Assembly: GCA_036786445.1 (NCBI GenBank)
Contig: DAIQRD010000001.1
Coordinates: 1 to 49,550, forward strand
Direction of reading: 5' to 3'
Length of the DNA: 49,550 nucleotides
Origin: Bacillota bacterium
GTDB lineage: Bacteria > Bacillota > Limnochordia > DTU087
Positions 44,576 to 49,550 of this stretch are shown here, piece after piece. The number at the start of each line of letters is the position of its first letter. The stretch's first letter is position 1. The position numbers were made by a program, and so were the translations under genes. The notes below the pieces were generated by a model, which saw only the letters and a program-made list of their open reading frames with translations, was not told where the DNA came from and did no database searches.

Positions 44576-45484
44576 TCAGCTGTTGAAGGCCCTTAAGTAA
44601 TAGATGCACAGCAAGAATAAAAGCCCCCATACCCAGCCTATCCGCCGATACCAGGGGGCTTTAGAAGGGCCTAGGGCCTTATGGTGCTCCATGTAGTCTT
44701 CTTCGCCCTCTGTGATATCAGTGTTCCGCACAATCATTATTACCGAAGCCATGGCTAGAACTCCCAGTAGCTGCCCCCCGTTGTAAATGAAGTGTGGTTC
44801 CGCGAAAAAGCCCACGAGGAACTGTGTCAATCCTAGACCGAAAATGGATAGGAGGCCTAACTGGCCCGGAAATTTCGCTTTCCGCCTGAGATTCCACACC
44901 ACCACAAAGGTCAGATAACTACCGATGGCTTGATACGCGCCTAAAGGGTGAAAACCTTGGCCGTCAGATACCACAGCCAACGCCGAAGCAGTCACCCGGC
45001 CCACTCGACTCGTACCCACCGAGGTAATAGCCGTGGCCAATGCCAAAGGTGCTGCCAAAACATCGGCCAGATGACGATAGTCCCAATGGGTCTGCCGCAA
45101 CACCCAGGCTGTCACCGCCACGAAACCCAAGATAGCTCCCAAGCCAGAAAGACCATTATTGATACTCAGCAATTCCTCAGGAAAAGCAATAAAATAAGGC
45201 AATTCACACAGAACGAACAGTATCCTGGCCATGAGCAACCCCGCAATAAATACACAAATCAGGTAATCCAGCATCCTGTCACTGGACCAGCCCCGCCGAC
45301 GGGTCTCCCGCAATGCCAATACAACAGCGGCCCCATATCCCAATGACAGCATGGCACCATAGGCGTAAATATGAAAAGGACCTAGCGTAAAGAGTACAGT
45401 ATCCACTGCAGAACGGCAGCACTCTCTACCCGGAAGAAAGTGTTGCCTGCCTCCCTTCCATCTACCAACCTTCCTGTGGCTCAA
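44576..45484 (-). CDS. Polytopic membrane protein, divergent prolipoprotein diacylglyceryl transferase (Lgt) family
   Basis: It has weak but collinear matches to Lgt: LGPFHIYAYGAMLSLGYG, FHPLGAYQAIGSYLTFVVV and SIFGLGLTQFLVGFFAEP. The true start may be internal. It overlaps the eamA stop by 4 nt. Confidence 0.5.
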   Translation of the reverse strand: MSHRKVGRWKGGRQHFLPGRECCRSAVDTVLFTLGPFHIYAYGAMLSLGYGAAVVLALRETRRRGWSSDRMLDYLICVFIAGLLMARILFVLCELPYFIAFPEELLSINNGLSGLGAILGFVAVTAWVLRQTHWDYRHLADVLAAPLALATAITSVGTSRVGRVTASALAVVSDGQGFHPLGAYQAIGSYLTFVVVWNLRRKAKFPGQLGLLSIFGLGLTQFLVGFFAEPHFIYNGGQLLGVLAMASVIMIVRNTDITEGEEDYMEHHKALGPSKAPWYRRIGWVWGLLFLLCIYYLRAFNS

Positions 45485-46410
45485 TCAATTGCCATGTCTT
45501 TTTCTCGAAGTAACCCGGACCCCTTACGCCCACCCAATTCGGAAACCATAACCCCCATGAGCATGAGACCCGCTCCCGCTTGGCCAGTACGGGGTAGCTG
45601 CTCGCCTAAGACCACAAAAGCCAGTATAGCGGCGAATACCGGCTCCAAGGAAAAGATCAAGCTTACCCGCGTCGGAGTCGTATACGGCTGCACCCGAATC
45701 TGCAGATATTGGGCAGCTGCCGTAGCAAAGAGGGCCAAATATAACAGTCCTCCCCAAAGGGCAATAGTATTCAGCTGGGGTAATGGCTCCCTGATACAAG
45801 CAGCCACAAGACCCACCGCCGCCACTGTGCCCAGCTCTACCCAGGTCAACAGCAGCGCATCAGATAAGGCGCCATAGCGGTCCACGGTAATGATCTGCAA
45901 AGCATAGAGAAAAGCACTGACCAGAACCCAGAGATCTCCCTTGTGAAATGTCCAAGGGTGGGAAAAATCTAGAGTCAGCAGACCTAGTCCAAGGGTGGCC
46001 AATACCACGCCCAATAGAGCTTGCCGTCCTGGCCGCTTCCTCAGTAGCAATGTCGCCAACACCGGGGTGATGACCACCGACAGCGCAGTAATAAAAGCCG
46101 CTTTGGAGGCCGTCGTGTACTGGATACCCACGGTCTGGCTGAGAAAACCTCCCCAGATCAAGAGACCTAAGCCCATGCCCACTTGCCAAGTCCTGGCATC
46201 TAGGCTCTTGCGGTTGGCCCAAGCAAAGGGAGTCAGTACGACAAAGGCTAAGAGGAATCTCACACCCACTAGATAACCAGGTGATACTGCCACCACCAGC
46301 AACTTCAAGACTGGAAAGGTGCCTCCCCAGATCAGGGTCACCAGCAGCAACATCAGATCAGCTCTCAGGGGGCTAATCATACGTCTGCCGGGGGCTTTGC
46401 TGTGCTTCAT
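45481..46410 (-). CDS. EamA/DMT superfamily transporter (10 TM)
   Basis: 309 aa with a duplicated 5-TM EamA architecture. It overlaps the upstream dehydratase small subunit stop by 4 nt. Confidence 0.85.
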   Translation of the reverse strand: MKHSKAPGRRMISPLRADLMLLLVTLIWGGTFPVLKLLVVAVSPGYLVGVRFLLAFVVLTPFAWANRKSLDARTWQVGMGLGLLIWGGFLSQTVGIQYTTASKAAFITALSVVITPVLATLLLRKRPGRQALLGVVLATLGLGLLTLDFSHPWTFHKGDLWVLVSAFLYALQIITVDRYGALSDALLLTWVELGTVAAVGLVAACIREPLPQLNTIALWGGLLYLALFATAAAQYLQIRVQPYTTPTRVSLIFSLEPVFAAILAFVVLGEQLPRTGQAGAGLMLMGVMVSELGGRKGSGLLREKDMAID

Positions 46411-46907
46411 TCTACCACCAAATCCCCATGCTTAGCCACATGGGCTGCCAGTCCCCCATCAGCCAGGAGCTGAATCATCACATGGGGAAGGGGCGGCGCC
46501 TGCAGCTGCGTGCCTTGGGTAAGGTTATATATTGTCCCGGTGGATAGATCTATTTCCAGCTGATCCCTGGCAGCGATCAGGTCAGTATCACAAATCAAAA
46601 CAGGCAGCCCGACATTAATGGCATTGCGGAAGAAAATCCGGGCGAAAGACTTGGCCAAGACCGCACTGACCCCAGCCATCTTGATAATGGTAGGGGCATG
46701 TTCCCGGCTGGAACCCAGTCCGAAGTTGCTGCCTCCCACAACGAAATCCCCCGGTGCCACCTTACCGGCAAACTCCGGATCGGCGTCCTCCAAAACATGC
46801 TTCGCCAATTCCGGTAGATTGGATCGCAAATGAAACAATCTGCCCGGAGCGATGTGATCAGTCGAAATATTATCTCCGAATTTCCAGGTTTTACCTTGCA
46901 GTCGCAT
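46407..46907 (-). CDS. Aconitase-family dehydratase small subunit, type 2 (LeuD/HacB-like)
   Basis: 166 aa with KFGDNISTDHIAPG, GSNFGLGSSREHA and AKSFARIFFRNAIN motifs. The ATG lies 8 nt after GGGAGGT and overlaps the large-subunit 3' end by 17 nt. Confidence 0.85.
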   Translation of the reverse strand: MRLQGKTWKFGDNISTDHIAPGRLFHLRSNLPELAKHVLEDADPEFAGKVAPGDFVVGGSNFGLGSSREHAPTIIKMAGVSAVLAKSFARIFFRNAINVGLPVLICDTDLIAARDQLEIDLSTGTIYNLTQGTQLQAPPLPHVMIQLLADGGLAAHVAKHGDLVVE

Positions 46908-48162
46908 AGCTCAATACCTCCCTAGGATCAGTGATGACTCCGCTCAACGCGCTAGCTGCGGCCACCGCCGGCGAACCTAGATAGATTAGCCCCTGGGGGT
47001 TACCTAGTCGGCCCTGGAAATTACGGTTCGATGTGTTCAAAGACACCTCTCCATCACCGAGAATTCCTTCGTGGACACCCACACAAGGTCCACAACCCGG
47101 TGCCAAGATGACGACTCCCGCTTCAACCAATGCCTCAATATACCCTGCCTGTAGCGCTGCCAAAAAGATCTTGCGGGAAGCTGGAACGACTATGCATCGC
47201 AAACTTGGCGCCACCTGCTTACCCTGAAGTATGGAAGCAACGATTGCCAAATCCTCCAAGCGGCCATTGGTACAAGACCCAATGAACACCTGATCAATAT
47301 GGGTCCCGGCCAGCTCGGTGACGGAGTGCGTATTATCCACTGTATGGGGGGCGGCTAATGTCGGTTCTAGAGTACTGGCATCGATCCGAACTATCTGCTC
47401 ATAGTTAGCTCCCTCATCGGCCTGTAAAGGTCTATAGTCCTCGGCTCTACCCTGGGCTTCCAGGTAGGCCCGGGTAGTGTCATCACTGGCAATGAGTCCT
47501 ACCTTGGCACCAGCCTCCACCGCCATATTAGAAAGGGTAAGCCGTTCTGTCATAGACATCTGGGCAACGGTATCTCCGGTAAATTCCAATGCTTTATAGG
47601 TAGCGCCATCCGCGCCAATTTTGCCAATGACGTGCAAAATGACATCTTTGGCATATACTCCCACCGATAGTTTTCCCGTGACCTTGATCTGGATGGTCTC
47701 TGGCACTCTAAACCAAGTCTTACCTAAAGCCATACCCATGGCTACATCGGTAGACCCCATGCCGGTGGCAAAAGCGCCTAGCGCCCCTGCCATACATGTA
47801 TGGGAATCGGCGCCGATAATCACCCGGCCAGGCGCGCCATAGTCCTCTGCGATGAGCTGATGGCAGACCCCCTCACCCACATCGGATAGCTGGCAGCCAG
47901 TTTTTTCGGCAAACTCCCTTAGCAACCTGTGATCATTAGATAACTCCTTGCGAGGGCTAGGTGCAGCATGGTCAATATACAAAATCGTATTGCTTGGGTC
48001 TGCCACTTGCTCCAGCCCGATGCTCTGGAGTTGCCGAACTGCCAACGGTCCTGTCCCATCTTGGGTTAGGGCTACATCCACCGGGGAAATCACGATCTGA
48101 CCAGCTCTGACTTCCTGCCCGACCCGTTGGCTGAGTATCTTCTCCGCCAATGTCAACGCCAT
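46891..48162 (-). CDS. Aconitase-family dehydratase large subunit, type 2 (LeuC/HacA-like)
   Basis: 423 aa with the three Fe-S cysteine contexts GADSHTCM, GSCTNGR and GCGPCVG. Confidence 0.9.
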   Translation of the reverse strand: MALTLAEKILSQRVGQEVRAGQIVISPVDVALTQDGTGPLAVRQLQSIGLEQVADPSNTILYIDHAAPSPRKELSNDHRLLREFAEKTGCQLSDVGEGVCHQLIAEDYGAPGRVIIGADSHTCMAGALGAFATGMGSTDVAMGMALGKTWFRVPETIQIKVTGKLSVGVYAKDVILHVIGKIGADGATYKALEFTGDTVAQMSMTERLTLSNMAVEAGAKVGLIASDDTTRAYLEAQGRAEDYRPLQADEGANYEQIVRIDASTLEPTLAAPHTVDNTHSVTELAGTHIDQVFIGSCTNGRLEDLAIVASILQGKQVAPSLRCIVVPASRKIFLAALQAGYIEALVEAGVVILAPGCGPCVGVHEGILGDGEVSLNTSNRNFQGRLGNPQGLIYLGSPAVAAASALSGVITDPREVLSYATAR

Positions 48163-48285
48163 AGTCCCAATCCTCTCTATCGTCTCCCGTACTAATATTC
48201 AACCTACCGACATAAATGCCTGCCACCCGTTCCCACCTGTATACCGGTATATCCTACCGAATTGTGTAGACATCACCTAAGCGCG

Positions 48286-48328
48286 GAAAATCGGCAATGG
48301 AAATCACCCACTGGAGATCCCATGCCGA
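48286..48328 (-). terminator. Intrinsic terminator candidate after the NifV-like synthase gene
   Basis: The minus-strand RNA reads UCGGCAUGGGA, a 15-nt loop, then UUCCA(U)UGCCGA. This is about 11 bp with one bulge. UUUUCC follows. Confidence 0.5.
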
Positions 48329-48361
48329 TCTTCTAACATCATTTGCAGAGTGTAGTGTGTG

Positions 48362-49528
48362 CTACATACGGCCAGTTTCCTGGCGGAAATCCTCATAGAC
48401 ATAGACCAATTCTTTATCAAACAGGGCTCGCTTCATATTCACTGCCACTTCTCTCACCCGGGACAGCAGGGCCTCAGCATCTTGAGGGCTAAGAGCAATT
48501 CCGTATTCCAAGAACTTGGCTATCAATGCCTTCGTACCAGAGTGTTTCCCGATGACGATCTGCCGTTGCAGCCCCACTTCTTCAGGAGCAAACACCTCGT
48601 AAGTCGATGCGTCCTTCAAGACCCCATCGGCGTGGATGCCGGATTCATGTGCAAACATGTTGGTGCCCACGATAGCTTTCCAGACTGGCAACTCCCGCCC
48701 TGAGGCTCTAGCTACGTACTCACTAGCCTCTCTGAACATGTCGGTTTTGAAATTCAGGTCTATCGCCGAAAGGTGTTTGAGCGCCATGACTACTTCCTCT
48801 AAGGCCGCATTGCCAGCCCGCTCGCCCAGTCCGTTAATGGTCACTCCTACAAATTGAGCCCCACCCCGCACACCAGCCAAGGCATTGGCAGTGGCCATAC
48901 CAAAATCGTTATGGGTATGCATCTCTATCTCCAGCCCCGTAGCTTCCCGCAGAGTCTTCACCCGTTCACAGATTGTGAAAGGATCCATGATGCCCACCGT
49001 GTCACAATACCGTAATCGGTCAGCACCGGCATCCCGTGCTTCTCGCCCAAACTTAATTAGAAAATCCATATCGGAGCGAGACGCATCCTCTGCATTGACA
49101 GAAACATACAGACCATGCCCCTTGGCAAACAGTGTGGCCTCTGTCATGTGGCTCAAAACCCAGTCCCGACTAGTCTGCAGCTTATGCTTAATGTGAATAT
49201 CCGAGGTGGAAATGGAAATGGCAACAGCGTCGACACCACAGGCCACTGAGGCTTCTACGTCTTTCATTACAGCTCTGTTCCAAGCCATAATGCTAGCCTG
49301 CAAACCAGCCTGCACTATGGACTTGATGGCGGCTTGCTCATCGCCACCCATTACAGGAATACCAGCTTCTATTTGATGTACTCCCATGGCATCTAGGAGC
49401 TTGGCGATACGCAATTTCTCGTTATTGGCAAAGACTACACCAGCTGTCTGCTCACCGTCTCGCAAAGTTGTATCGACAATCTGCACTGATGCCTGGTTAC
49501 CAGGCTGCATGAATCTTGATTCAGACAT
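48362..49528 (-). CDS. LeuA/NifV-family 2-oxoacid:acetyl-CoA synthase (homocitrate / citramalate / Re-citrate synthase-like, short form)
   Basis: It has the DRE-TIM metallolyase motifs VDTTLRDGEQ, EDASRSD, and EMHTHNDFGMATAN, plus GLGERAGNAALEE. At 388 aa it has no LeuA C-terminal regulatory domain. The ATG at 49528 lies 6 nt after GGGAGGTGG. Confidence 0.85.
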   Translation of the reverse strand: MSESRFMQPGNQASVQIVDTTLRDGEQTAGVVFANNEKLRIAKLLDAMGVHQIEAGIPVMGGDEQAAIKSIVQAGLQASIMAWNRAVMKDVEASVACGVDAVAISISTSDIHIKHKLQTSRDWVLSHMTEATLFAKGHGLYVSVNAEDASRSDMDFLIKFGREARDAGADRLRYCDTVGIMDPFTICERVKTLREATGLEIEMHTHNDFGMATANALAGVRGGAQFVGVTINGLGERAGNAALEEVVMALKHLSAIDLNFKTDMFREASEYVARASGRELPVWKAIVGTNMFAHESGIHADGVLKDASTYEVFAPEEVGLQRQIVIGKHSGTKALIAKFLEYGIALSPQDAEALLSRVREVAVNMKRALFDKELVYVYEDFRQETGRM

Positions 49529-49550
49529 TTGTAACCACCTCCCGGGCAAC

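Noticed and set aside
47972-48226. An 84-aa minus-strand ORF spanning the spacer and the 5' end of the large dehydratase subunit.
   Set aside because: It overlaps the well-supported large-subunit gene in another frame. It has no SD and no recognisable motifs.
1-49550. A search for CRISPR arrays, IS/transposase or integrase genes, phage genes, toxin-antitoxin or defence systems, tRNA/rRNA genes and large tandem repeats.
   Set aside because: I found none by eye. All sizeable ORFs are accounted for by housekeeping or sporulation genes. The intergenic spacers are at most about 460 nt and are explained by T-box leaders, promoters and terminators. A computational repeat and tRNA scan would be needed to exclude small elements.

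Overview
This is a core chromosomal segment of an endospore-forming Firmicute. It looks Clostridia-like and moderate-GC, roughly 50-55% by eye. I found no mobile elements, CRISPR arrays, tRNA/rRNA genes or defence islands. About 50 genes are tightly packed, nearly all on the minus strand. Only spoVAC-spoVAD-spoVAE and a PhoP/PhoR-like two-component pair are on the plus strand. From memory, the gene order matches several Bacillus subtilis housekeeping and sporulation blocks:
- comEA-comEC.
- leuS with a T-box leader.
- yhbY-(proBA)-nadD-yqeK-(LCP)-rsfS-yqeM.
- rplU-prp-rpmA-obg, preceded by RNase G and a radical-SAM/DUF2344 pair.
- spoIVFB, rodA, minCDE, mreBCD-mrdA, radC and maf.
- A block DUF4321 / larE-like / cysK / trxB / spoIID / MFS / copZ / SPOR.
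- folC-valS, with a T-box leader on valS.
- At the right end, a NifV-like 2-oxoacid synthase plus a split aconitase-family dehydratase, coupled to an EamA transporter and a divergent Lgt-like protein.

I do not see a convincing wholly novel multi-gene system. The items most worth follow-up are:
1. trxB is interrupted by a 20-nt out-of-frame insertion.
2. A conserved radical-SAM + DUF2344 pair of unknown function is coupled to RNase G and the L21-Prp-L27-Obg ribosome cluster.
3. The NifV-like / HacAB-like / EamA / degenerate-Lgt operon has ambiguous chemistry.
4. A three-cysteine LarE-like sulfur transferase overlaps cysK and has no lar genes nearby.
5. Several unexplained palindromes and structured spacers lie in intergenic regions.

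All family assignments come from motif recognition by eye in the supplied translations. No database search was run.
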